Source: a virus
Taxonomy: Duplodnaviria > Caudoviricetes
Virus record (IMG/VR): IMGVR_UViG_3300028430_000741
Span: 544-64,543 of that record
Direction: 5' to 3' (one strand)
DNA: 64,000 bases
Shown one piece after another: positions 28,506-40,600 of the stretch; positions within the stretch are counted from its first letter, which is position 1; the number at the start of each line of letters is the position of its first letter. The notes beneath the pieces are model-generated. The model was not told the origin of the DNA, searched no databases, and was given only the letters and a program-made list of their open reading frames with translations. Both the position numbers and the translations under genes were made by a program.

Positions 28506-31070
28506 TTAAACGCTCACCCCTAATGCTTCCTTGAAAGCCACGGGGTAACTTGAATTCTGAAAAACCCGAACAGTGTACGCCGATTGGACTGATCCCCAAT
28601 CGGCTATTTGTTGTGCTGAGGTGTAGGTGACAGATCGCTCTCCCACCCCAGTTACGAATTCCCGTCTTATCGTGCTACCGTCGTAAATTCTGACCGTGTA
28701 GGTATCGAGTTCACCTGGGGCAAACGGAATATCGATATAGTCCGTCCATCGGCCGTTAATCCGCGTTCTCCGATACCACGAAATGATTACGTCACCGCCG
28801 ACTCGTTCCGATGTCACAACCGCAGGAAACGGCTTGACGCTTTCTAGTGTGACTGTGTGGATTGTCTCGTTAGCAACTTCTGTCTCGGTCAATCCATCTG
28901 GCACGATTTTAAAACGAACTTCCCGGTTGACATCGAACAATTCAGCAGGTAGGCGGACAAGATAATCAGTAAGCAGTACGAACCGCTCTCCGATAGCGTG
29001 ATTGTCAATAAAAGCCTCGGTTCCTTTAGTGCCACGAATCATGTAGGAAATATCAAAAGTTAGTGGATTATTCGAGACAATTTCCGCATTTTTAAAAGCG
29101 ATAATTTCGCCCGTAGAAAACCAACCGAGTTGTTTTCCTGACAAGAATTTCTCAAGTGTTACTGGCTCGATTTCTCCTGAATCCATTCTTACTTGGACTG
29201 TATTGAGGTCGTCAATAAAATTAGGAGACGAATTATTAAAGTTTGTGCTAAAACTTAACACTGTCCCTGTCACACTTTCGCCAGTAATAGCAGTAGCAAA
29301 AAGGTAGCTTTCCCCGCCGTCCTCGGAGTAAAATATTGTCCCAGTTCGATAGTCTTCATCTCCTTCAATTGCAAGATAAAAACCCAGATCGGCATCCGAG
29401 GAATTAACCGGTGGGCATTCAATAACAATCGCTGTAGCCGAACCGTAGCTTGCAGGAGTTTCGACGGGAGGGGCAAATGGAAGATCGACAATAATTTCGG
29501 GCAAAATATCGCTTGTGAGTTGGTCTATGCCAGTACAGTCAGTTACCTGTGACCACGTTGAGTCGGCAGTGAGTCCATGGGCTGTATTTTGAGTAAAGAT
29601 TAGATTGTCGTCGGCATCATAAATCCTGAGTTTGGTATTAGGCAATGGCGAAATCTGACCTAGCGGTAATGTAGTTTCTACCCGCATCGGGGAGCGGTAA
29701 AACACTATCGGGCTAAACACCGTTCCCTTTTGAATGCGCGTAATCCACTCTCCAAATTGGGGAGGAACTGGGGCATTGTACACTCCTAAATCGTAGACCG
29801 CTATATGCTTGCACTGGTTTGAAAAGCCCTGAAATCGAGTCGCTTCTAACTCGATCAAGTACCCTGCGCCTCTAACTTTTTTTGTGATCTGTAAAACCTC
29901 TCGATGGAATAAGCGGTCGCCGTCTGCCGATATTAAATCTCCTACGGCAAGATCGTCCCATGTGGGCAATAAAAACATTTTAGAAAACGTTTTGGATTGC
30001 GAGCGTCCGAGGAAAAGAATGCGAGATGCAAGCGTGATAAATAAGTTATCACTAGATATTAATTTGGTTTGAATTGTTAGTTCGTTAGTGTGTTTTGCGG
30101 CGGGGTCTTTTGCGACAACTGAAATAGCGTCTTGGTCTTTATTAATGTTTAATCCGTTTACTGTTACGGCACTTGGGATTTCTCGAAAATGTGTAAGCTT
30201 TATTTCATATAAATCTATCGGACGATCTCCGAATTTTTTTGCCCCTAATGACAGTTTCGGGATATGGGTGACTTCCCCTGCTGTTTGCTGTTTGAAAATA
30301 AGCTTATCTTTTGTTTCTCTGACTATCAAGAAAAACGCTCTCAATAATTCCCCGATCTGATCGGCGAACGAGGTTCCATCAAATAGTAAATCAAAGCCTT
30401 CAATCTCTAAATTATCGGGAACCCCGCTCACATCGACTTTATTTTCGGCTATTCCCGCTATTTCGCAAATTCGTACAAGAATATCTTTGACTTTAGGATT
30501 TTCGCCGCTTTGCCCCACAACTTCCACTTCAATTTGAGGAAATCCACTGCCTTCATATTCAGCGATTGGATAATCATCAAAAGCCATATAACTCCATCCT
30601 TTAAATACAGGAATGGGGTAGTCTGGTTCGTTCTCTTGGATTACCGAGGATGGCGTAGTCTGATCGCCCGTGTAGATTGTGCAATGCTCTAAAAACCTTT
30701 CGCTTCTCGGGTCATCCGACTCACTACTATAAACCAATATCCGGTTCATCCAAACACGCCGGACAGAACTGATTTCCCGTGCGATTAGATAAGCGGCTGT
30801 TAAAAAGTAGGAAAAAGTTTCTATTTGTGTCCCACCACCTTTCCCTCCCGATACTTTTCTTCTTTCTTTTAGCTTTAAAGCCCACATCATCGGCAATCCT
30901 TTTTTTCGCACCCGCCCAAAGGGGAGGGAGAGGGAGAATCCGAACTCAGCATCGGGAACACCGGTGTCCTCGATTTTCCCTTTTTGCTGTCGCGGGCCAG
31001 ACGGGGCTAGTAGTGTTAGGAGTAGATTGGCTCCGAGTCCGATAGCGGTAGGGATTAGGAAATTAGCCAC
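28506..31070 (-). CDS. tail tip / central fibre protein (gpJ- or GTA megatron-like)
   Basis: LPFGRVR, YTGDQT, FPQIEVEV, GEIIAF, IRGTKGTE....H..GERFVLL and ISWYRRTR motifs. Confidence 0.8.
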   Translation of the reverse strand: MANFLIPTAIGLGANLLLTLLAPSGPRQQKGKIEDTGVPDAEFGFSLSLPFGRVRKKGLPMMWALKLKERRKVSGGKGGGTQIETFSYFLTAAYLIAREISSVRRVWMNRILVYSSESDDPRSERFLEHCTIYTGDQTTPSSVIQENEPDYPIPVFKGWSYMAFDDYPIAEYEGSGFPQIEVEVVGQSGENPKVKDILVRICEIAGIAENKVDVSGVPDNLEIEGFDLLFDGTSFADQIGELLRAFFLIVRETKDKLIFKQQTAGEVTHIPKLSLGAKKFGDRPIDLYEIKLTHFREIPSAVTVNGLNINKDQDAISVVAKDPAAKHTNELTIQTKLISSDNLFITLASRILFLGRSQSKTFSKMFLLPTWDDLAVGDLISADGDRLFHREVLQITKKVRGAGYLIELEATRFQGFSNQCKHIAVYDLGVYNAPVPPQFGEWITRIQKGTVFSPIVFYRSPMRVETTLPLGQISPLPNTKLRIYDADDNLIFTQNTAHGLTADSTWSQVTDCTGIDQLTSDILPEIIVDLPFAPPVETPASYGSATAIVIECPPVNSSDADLGFYLAIEGDEDYRTGTIFYSEDGGESYLFATAITGESVTGTVLSFSTNFNNSSPNFIDDLNTVQVRMDSGEIEPVTLEKFLSGKQLGWFSTGEIIAFKNAEIVSNNPLTFDISYMIRGTKGTEAFIDNHAIGERFVLLTDYLVRLPAELFDVNREVRFKIVPDGLTETEVANETIHTVTLESVKPFPAVVTSERVGGDVIISWYRRTRINGRWTDYIDIPFAPGELDTYTVRIYDGSTIRREFVTGVGERSVTYTSAQQIADWGSVQSAYTVRVFQNSSYPVAFKEALGVSV

Positions 31071-31098
31071 GGTTTAAACAAGAATCTTAAAGTTTATG

Positions 31099-31521
31099 TT
31101 AATATTTTACCCGATAAATCAAAACAAGCGTTCTTATGACATCAGCGAGATAAGAACAGATTACGCCTTTTTTCGTGTCGGCGTGAAGATATACCTCCTT
31201 CCCCGCATAAATGCCGACGTGAGTTATTACACCCGCTCGCTTGAACACCAGCACATCGCCAATATCGGGTTTTCCTTCCACACGGACTAGATAGCGATCA
31301 AGGGATTTTACAAGGAAGTTGTTTCTAGGAATTCGTTCGTAGTTTTCGAGGGTAAAGTCTGGCGAGAGAAACCCCACGCTCACTCCAACGCCGGCGAGGA
31401 ACCCGACGCAATCGCAACCGATACCTTTTTTGCTCTGTCCATGATGCCATGGCGTTCCAATCCACTCGATCGCCTCGGTAACGATCCGCTCACCGATTGG
31501 CGCAATAACAAACGTGTTCAT
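31099..31521 (-). CDS. NlpC/P60 tail-associated peptidase
   Basis: A.EWIGTPWHH.G...G.GCDC.G, GDVLVF, HVGI, LHA. Confidence 0.9.
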   Translation of the reverse strand: MNTFVIAPIGERIVTEAIEWIGTPWHHGQSKKGIGCDCVGFLAGVGVSVGFLSPDFTLENYERIPRNNFLVKSLDRYLVRVEGKPDIGDVLVFKRAGVITHVGIYAGKEVYLHADTKKGVICSYLADVIRTLVLIYRVKY

Positions 31522-31678
31522 ACTCGCTATTCTTCTGTATAGACCCCATCGCTAACCCGTTGCGGTAAATCGTGCAGAGATTCTCCTGTATTGTCCGATC
31601 TCCCCGGCACGACGGTAGTACCCCCCACACAATCGCCGCCACGATCATGATTACCACCGTTATTAATCCTTTGCTCAT
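31490..31678 (-). CDS. small membrane protein
   Basis: N-terminal TM segment; ATGA overlap with the TMP stop. Confidence 0.5.
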   Translation of the reverse strand: MSKGLITVVIMIVAAIVWGVLPSCRGDRTIQENLCTIYRNGLAMGSIQKNSEYEHVCYCANR

Positions 31679-34600
31679 CCAAAAAATCTCCGCTTTGTTC
31701 GCTCATTTTGGGCGTTCTCACGCTCTTTTAACTGAGTTAGGGAATATCCCATATCATTTCGTGATTCTATCGTAACATTGCTCACATTGGTGATCGAGAG
31801 GGATTGATTAGACGAATTATTGTTCGAGGTCGTAACGCTGTAGCCAGTTCCCCCGACAAATCCCCCGCTGGCGTAGTTTTTGATCGGGGCATTTTTGTAT
31901 TCCAGATAAGACTTGGCTTCGTTTGCGGGGATAACATATTCGTCTTCGTTGGCCACGATCAATCGGGGGTTTCTCCCTCCGCTCATAGACCGTTCACGCC
32001 GGAAGGCAGAAATCACATTTTTCTCTATCGGGGCATCGGCTCCGATTTTTCCGCCAGAACTAAAGAGGCTGAATCCCGTTCCTAGAGAAAAGTTAGATGC
32101 ACCCGTAAATGGGGTAGAGGCAATAGGCGAGCTAAATCCGCCGAGGGAACCAGTGAATAGGCTTATTGCTCCTCCTAGTAGCCCACCTCCTCCGCCGCCA
32201 GACGGGACTGGGGAAGATGCCCTCCCACTTCCTCCAAAAATTTGCATGAGCAACTGATTGGCCGCCATTTCCCCGATTTTCTGTAGAAAGCTGGTCAGAA
32301 CGTTCAGCATTTGCTGTAGGGTGTCCCGTCCCCCAGTGAACGCGGATCGGAGTAAATCCCCAAACGCTCCCACCGCAGGATTAGCCTCGATAAACGCGGA
32401 AGCGAGGTTAGCCTGTTGCATTTTGTCGAGGGCGGACGACATTTCAAATAACTGGGTAGGAGATAAAGCACCTTCTTGGGCATATCGCTGGAGTTCGAGG
32501 CGACGACGAGCGAAGTCTGCTTCTATGCGGAGCTTTTGCGCTTCTCCTGCACTGAAAAGCGTTCCGAGTGGGTTCATCCGATTCCCCGCGTCGATCCCGT
32601 CTGCAATTAGATTGTTGTAACGTTCGAGGGCGGCTACCCGCTCATCCTCGATCATTCGCATGGCGGCCGCTTCACCCCTGATCTGTCCATAGACGCTCAG
32701 TTGATTGTCGAGAGCTTTGTATCCTTCAAGAATAGCGGTGTTTCGTTTGTTTTCGGCTTCAAGAGCCTTGAATGCGTCATCGTTACCCGTGTCTTGAAAT
32801 AGCCGCGCCCGTGTTTCTTCCGAGTTTTTAGCGAAATCCGAGGTAAGTTGATCGAGCGATCGAATTTGGGACTGGATCGACTCTCGTTGTTTTTCGATCT
32901 CCCGGCTCCCATTGCGTCGGGCTTGTTCGATTTTTTCCGAAAAAGTGAGATAGCCCTTAGAGGAGCGCATTAGGTCAGTCGAGGTGTCTCCCGTGTCTCT
33001 CAATCCGATCTCGGCTTGAATTCGAGCCTCCTGTGTTTGTTGGATCAGTCCTGCGATCCGATCAAGGTTTTCCCGCCTTGCCCGTTCGAGTTTAAGTAGG
33101 TTTTCTTCTTTTTGATTCTGTAGGGTTTTCTCACGGGTAATCCGAATTTGAGTATCGAGTTCCCTAGCTCGATCGTAGTCAAAAGTTGGGAGCGGCGTGA
33201 GCGGGATGTTCGCTTGTGGTTGTCCCGTCAGCACACCAGAATATCTTCCGACGTTGCCAGCGTTGTAATTCGCTCTTTCTTCGGGAGTGAGAGGCTGAAG
33301 GTTCGGGTTGAGAACTTCCCGCGTAAAACCTTCCCAGTTTTTGTAGAGACCCGATCGCATTAGCAGGCGGTCAAACTCTTCTGACCCTGAAGTGCCGACT
33401 TGCTGAACTACCGAGGGGTGACGGATTTCGTCGGCGTTGACCGGCGATCGATAGCGCATCGTTTTGGGATCATAATTCGGGGAAGGATCGTATTTGTAAA
33501 TCCGCCCGTTGCCATAGTCAATGTAGTCTCCTCTCTGTAATGTTCGGGGATTGTTCGAAGTTCCCTGTCTGTATTGTTCGGAGCTTTCGCTATTGTTCGG
33601 AGCTTCCCCGATTGCTAGGGCTACATTCGGGACTTTTCCGCCCGCAATTTTTCCCGATTTAGCGAGTAGTTTCTTGGAATTCTCCAAAATTCCTGCCCAT
33701 ATTTCGTTAAGCGACTTAAATGTTAGTTGTTGCTGTGATAGTTCACGGACTATCTGGACTTGTTGCATCCAGAAATCCCGTAGCTGTTTTAAGCGGTTCC
33801 GTTCGGCATCGTAGATTTGCTCTTGAATGTCTCGTAATTGTCGAGCGAACTGGATTGACTGATCTCGAATGTCGAGCGGCCGTGTTCTCAGGCTATCCGC
33901 TTCGCCTTGAATCGAGGCTATTTCATCCCGATATTGTAGGATGAGGTCATCTAATTGCTTCTGTAGTGAGCTTACGCCAGGTGTGCGCCCAGAAAGCATC
34001 GACACCTGCAAGCGTTGGTTTTCGAGACTTCTTTGACTTGCTCGGAATTCGTTTTCCGCTTCGATGAGAGATCGTTGTAACCCACGGATCATGTCTCCGT
34101 AGGCTTCTTTAAACCCTCTTACCTCGCGGGCAGATTGAATCTGGTAATCCTCGATCGATACTCGGAGGTCAACTACCTGTCTTTGCAGTCCGGTGTAGTA
34201 ATCCTCAATGTCGGTTGTCTGGTCACGCAGGGATAATTTTGCTTGCTCGATCTGGAGTTGAATTCGAGCAATATTGGCTTTAACTTCGAGGGGATCGCCC
34301 TTGAGTGTCCCGACTAGCTTTGATTGCTCAAAAGCGAGTTGTTTGTAAAGTTTTGAGATCTCGATTAGTGTCTGGTCACGGGCGAAAGTCTTGACCTGAT
34401 TTGACGCGGTTCGAGCGGTCAGCCCGATCTGTTTATTGGTTGCCTCGATCTCGATCGCCGTAGTCGTATAGAACTCAACGAGATCGTTTTGCTGATCCCG
34501 TAAGGTTAAGCGTGTCCGGGCGATGTTCGTTTTAATTCGGGCAATATTTGAGCGAATTTGCAAGGGATCATCGACGTTTGCCGCCAGTCTTTCTTGTTCG

Positions 34601-37600
34601 ACTGCTAATTGCTTGTAAAGCTCCTCTAGGGATACCCGTGTTTCGGCAGGTTGTAACGAGCGAAGCTTGCCTGTCGGTGTGGAGGAGTAGAGCTTTTCCT
34701 GTTGTCCTGCGATTAGGATTTCGTTAGCCGCTTGTTTTTCGGACAGCTGACGGCGTTTCCGTTCGGTGATTATTTCCCGATTGATAGACTGAATTTCTTT
34801 CTCGGACTGTAAAATCTCTTGTCTAGTTGTGGCGTAAGTTTTCGCCATTTCTAGGATGTTTTTAAGGGCGGCGTTCGATTCGAGATCGCCCGAATTTTCG
34901 GACATGACCCGCTCGATCGCTTCCGGGGAAAGTAGATTCCTAGCGATCGCCTCGGAAAAATTCCCGACCCCTAATCGCTTAAGATCGTCCTTGAAGTAAG
35001 TGGACAGCGTTTTGTCAGCCGCCTCGGTAATACGACTACTTAGCTTCGCCCCGGTTTCCGACGCGGTTGTTTGAAGGGATGCAAATTTTTCTTTGGCTGT
35101 TTGTAGCGACTCTTCACGTACCTTGACGTTAAATTCGTACTCGTTGAGTTGTCCCGATGCGAACGCTAATTCGTTACCGATCTGTCGATTTAGTGATTGT
35201 CTGGCGTTAATAAAGTTTCGGTTTTCTTGGGCGTTAAGAGTTCGGTTAAAAGCGTACTGAAGTTTTTTGTACTCTTTTTCCTGATCTCTAAGGACATTGA
35301 GATAGTTCTGCTGTTCGGCTTTAAGTCCAGCGATAATTCCCTTGAGACGCTCCGATTTTGCCCCATAATTCTTAAGCGTACCCCCGCTTTTTTGATACTC
35401 TTCTTCTAGTGCTGCGAGCGCGGCTTCGGCGACCTGTAAATCCGCGGTGATGCGAGAACCGACCGATCCTAAGCGTCTATCGATCGCTTCCTGCTCTTGC
35501 TTCATTAATTCCTGTTCTCGCTCGTTCAGGCGCGCTACCGCCGCAAAATCCTCTTTATTTGCGGCGATTGCCCGTTCTGCCCGAACTTGAGCGAGCGAGT
35601 TCCGGAGACCTTGCAATGAGTCGATAAACTTATCGATCCCATCTGTGTCTGAAAGTACGGTTTGATAGGTTTTTAGGTTCGTCTCTAGCCCCTCTGCGCC
35701 TTCTCGGATGTTTTTGAGATTTTCTTGCTGGTCGCGAACAGCATTGTTTCGCTTAAAGGTGTAAACGGTTCCGACCGTCAGAACGTTAAAGAATTTCTCG
35801 GTTCCCGATAGGTTCATATCGGGGAAAAATTTATTCCAGAGATTTTTGTTTTCGTTTTCGGGTTCAATTTTCCCTAAATCCTCTAAAACTTTTCTCGATT
35901 CTTTGAGGGTTTGAAGCGAATTTTTAAGATTTGCGTCCCCGTTCTCGAAAATATCGTAAAACGTTTGAAGCGCAACGATCGTCGCCGCAGGAACGATCAT
36001 CGCTCCAATTGTTGCTTTTAGCACTCCGCCCGCTACTTTTGCCGTGGCAGACAACATTTGCATTTTGGTCGTTGTTTGCCCTGCGGTAACTCCCATCGCA
36101 AATAACGAGGCGTTGTAAGAAGCGATTAATCCTTGTCCTAGCCGAGTAGCGGCGGAAAATTGCAGTACCGATTTTCCGAGTAGTCCGATTGTGGCGATTA
36201 CCGCAGACGCGCTTACCGTCGCAACTAAGCCGAGATTGTCATTTAGTCCTTTTAGGAGAGTATTAAGTAGCTGTAGCGCGGGATAAGCCACAACGCCAAG
36301 TTTTTCCCCTGTGGACATCGATAATTGTTCGATATTGTTCTGATAGCGGTTCATTTCCGCCTGTAAAGTTTTGCTCGATGCACCGATTCCCCCCGCACTT
36401 AGGCGTTCGTACTCAGCCGCTAACCGGGGGATCACGTCCTGAGAAAGTAATTGCCCAGCCGACGCTTGCCGGTAGAATTCAGCGGTTGTCATCCCCATCG
36501 CACGCGCCGCAACAATCAGCGCGTCGTACAGTCCCCCAGACTCGGTTAATTGTTGGGTGAATTCTTCTACTGATAGCACCGAGCGGGCGGCCATTTGGTT
36601 GATCGCTCGGAATGTTTCAGTTTGCTGTTGTGGGTTAGTTTGCCGTACCGCAAGAGCAGATTGAAAACCCTCAAAAATGTCATCACCTTGAGCTTGTAGT
36701 GGTGAGCCAGTCGTCACGATCTGGAATTGGGCGTACTGTTTGGTTGATTCTCTGAACGAGATACCAAGTTCATCAGCCCGATTTCGCAGTCCGTCAATTG
36801 CCGTATCAACGTTGTTAACGCCAGCAATGTCGAGGTTGATCCTGATTTGCTGTAATTCGGTAAATGCGAGTAACGAATCCGTGACCGCTTGTTGTACTCG
36901 GAACGGCAAATCCTGAATTGCAAAAAACAAAGGCTCTAACAGGAATTCAGCAGTTTTGAATAGCGCAAATCCCCCGATGACCGCTAGTGATGCTTTGCGA
37001 AGGTTGATCATCCCACCAGTAGCGGCATCGAGTTCTTTGTCGAGAGTTCTGAGTGCCTTGCCGCCGACCGAGAGGAAATTGATAAATCCGTCAGCTTGGG
37101 CGATAGCGGTTTTAAGTCCAGTCACGATGCCGTCTGTAAAGCCACTAGAGACACCTGCTTTTTCAACGCTATCGAGGGCTTTAAAAATGTTGTCTCGTTT
37201 CTGATTCCAGTCTTCAAGAATTTTTTCCCTTGTCGATTTTTGGGGCTTTGCCGCTTTTAAAGTTTGATTTAAAAGAGATTCCTGTTTCTGTAAAATTGCT
37301 CTAGCTTTTTGAATATCTTCTAAGACTCTTTCAGCTTCTTTAGATACGTCAAACTTCTCTCTTTTAGGGGGTTCAGGTTCGGGACTAGCGGGCGACGCAA
37401 TACGAGGAGGTTTAGGGGGCTGATTTCCTCCTCCCCCTCCAGAAAGAGTTTGCCGATATATCGCTTGTTCTGCTTTTTGAACCAAACTAGCAAGATATTC
37501 TCCAAAAGAATAAGGCGATGCACCAAAAGCTGGAATAATTCGATTAGACGGGGCAGGGGCAGATATTCTCTGTTGTCGTTGATTTTCCCGCTCGGTTCGA

Positions 37601-40600
37601 ATAGATGGAGCAGGCGAGGAGGGTAGCAGGAGGGGTAAAGGTGGGGAAGCTTTAGGCAAGGATGGAGTAAACGGTTTAAACGTAAATCCCGCTAATCCTG
37701 CTTTGTCTATTCTTGCTTTAGCTTGTTCGGCTTCTTGTGCAATTTGACGAATTTGAACGCTGACATATTCAGCAGTAACTCTCCAATTTTTTCGGATATT
37801 CCACGTTGGGCCAGGTGAAGCTTCTGACAGACCCCTCTGAATATCTTTTGAATGTTTTTTTGCTTCTGTGGCTATTTCTTGAATATTTTCTCTAACAGAT
37901 TTTTCAGTTTTTTCCCAGTTATTTTCTATTGGTTTATTTGCGCTTCCAGTTGTAGCGGGGTTTATCGTTACCCCTTTAAAGGATTCTGTTTGGATAAATT
38001 GCTGTGCGTTGACAGGCATTCCACTTTGTAATTCTTTGATGACTTTAGTGGTTAACTCTTTTATCTTAGTGGTTAATCTACTTTCTTCTTTTTCAATGCC
38101 TATTCCTACACCCTGAATCAGATAACGCCCCGCTTTTTCCCCTTTCCAAGATGGCGATCTATTACCTAATTCATCATTTAACCCATCGATAATATTTCGT
38201 GCATTTTTTCTAACGATTTTTTCAGCATCGTTATCTTTTAATCCTTTGGTTAAACCTTCGCTAAGGTTTTTACCTGACTCCAACCCACCTTTAGCTAATT
38301 GAGGTACAATCTGTTTTAATTTGTCGTAAACAGCATCAGTAGCAGCTTTTGCTGTCATACCTTGCTCTTTAATTAATGTGATTGCTTCATTAATAATGCT
38401 TGAAACTGGACTAGCTGTATTTTTAAGTTGATCGAAAACTCTTAATGCCTGTTCTGCCTGTTCTGCAATTGCTTTATTTTCTTCTGTGTTAATTTGATTA
38501 CCCGCAGTTTTTAGTTTTGCGGCTTTTTTATCAGAAGTTAAAGAGCCAAATACCCTTTTATCGGTTGCTATACGATTTCTTAATGCGGACTGTACCTCAG
38601 CGCGAGTTAAAACATCTGTTTGCTGTGTCGTGGATGATCCAAATAAATCAAATTGTTCTACAGTATCAACTGTACTAGCGTTCAACGTATCAATTAACTC
38701 TGAAACTACTGATTCGGTTACTTTCTTTCCTTTTTTCTCGAAATTTTCAATTAATTTAACTAACTCTCTTTGCTGAAATTCCTTAAGTCCACTGCCGCCA
38801 ATCTGAACACCCCTAAGTTCAGATATATCTCCACTGGCGACACGATCAAACAACTCTTGTGGTAACTGAGCTAACGCAAGTCCTTGAGAAGCTACTCGAT
38901 CTCGCATTGGTATGCCAGCTTTTTTTAGCGATTCTTTGTCAGCTAAATTCATGTCTCGTAAAAACTTAGCTGCATCTATAGCTGTACCGCGTCCTTCTGC
39001 AATATTAATCATCGCCCCTTTAGCTCTAGCTTCTTGGGCTGACTGAGCATTCAACAGTCGTACAGTAATATCTTTAACGTTTAAATCTTTGGCTAAATTA
39101 AGCCTATTGTGTCCATTAACTACATAAACTTTCCCGTCTTCAGGATCGCGCCAAACACTGACAACTCCCGCTAAATCATCATCCCATTTACCAACACCAG
39201 ATAAAGAACCAGTCGATCCAGTTTTGCCGTGTACAAGTTTATACTGGAATCGTTCTGGATCAAGATTTAAGTCTGAGATCGGAAGTTTTTCTACAAAGCC
39301 AGGGGAAGTCGGGCTATTTTCTTGAGGAACCCTTTTTAACGGATTCGGAGTTTCAGTAACAGGTAAAGGAATATTCTCAGCCTGTAGATTGCTTGTAGAT
39401 GCAGGTAAAAGAATATTCTTAGATTGTATCTGACTTTTGGCATTAAGTAACAGATTGTTAATTGAGGTTACAAAGCCACTTAATGATTTATTAATACTTG
39501 TTGTATCAAATTCAGGGTTAGCTCTTATTAATGCAATACCCGTTTTAATTTTTTCTAATTGAGAAAAAAGAGTCTTTAAAGATTGAATATCTTTATTAGT
39601 ATTAATTTGTTGGGTAATGCTTTCTATGCCACTGCTAATTGTTTCAATAAAATCAGCGGGAATTTTTCTTGTTTCAATTTGGAATCCACTAAGTTCTTTT
39701 TTCCCTAATTTTGTTCTATCACTTGCTTTTGTTGTTAGTAAAAGTCGAGTTAGTTGGTCAGGGTTAAATTTTTCAATTAATGATTTCCATATTTCTTCTT
39801 TTCTGGCTCCTAGTCCCGATGCTGGTACATCAATTCCCTGATCTCTAGCTAATCCTCGTAATTGTTTTACCGTGTAATATTTTGGGTTAATTGCCTTGAT
39901 GTTAGCTGGAATAGGACTACTTACCGGGAAAGCTTTTTCGTCAAAATATGGGGTTATTTCAGTAGTAATTAAAGAACCGGCTTTATCTTTTGCGGCTTTT
40001 AAAAGTTTCTGGGTTTTACCTTCAATTTTTTGCTGTTCTTCTTTGTCAATTAATTTAGGGACGCTACTGGTAGCCGCCCCTAAAAGCTTCTTAACCCCTT
40101 CCCCCGCCATTAACGCCGATCCAGCGACCGCCCCCCCTTGCGCTAAGACGCTGATAGTGCCGTTGGTTAGTTCGGTAACAAGGTTCATTACCGCTTCCGT
40201 TAACTGTTGTCCCACTCCAAACGGCAAGCCGCTAAAAGCTTGAGTCATTTGTGTGGCTACGGCTTGGATCATTTCCCGACCGCCTGCACTCATTGCCCCC
40301 GCTAGAATGCTTCGCATCTCGTTAACGATTGTGGCATCTAACCCCATCGGGAGTGCGTGGAGAGCGGACGCTCCTATTGCGGCGGTTCCCCCTACCTGTA
40401 GTGCTTTTTTCCCCAGTCCCACACCGGGAATAGCCATAACGGGACGTTCGATCGCTTTTAGAACGGTGAAAACAATTTGACCGAACTTGACGACATCTAG
40501 AGAGGCATCCTTGAGAGCGTTTCCAAGTATTCTGCCCGCTTCTTTTACCTCTCTAATTAATACCTGATTTAACAGTTCTGAAATGTTTTCTTGCCCTGTT

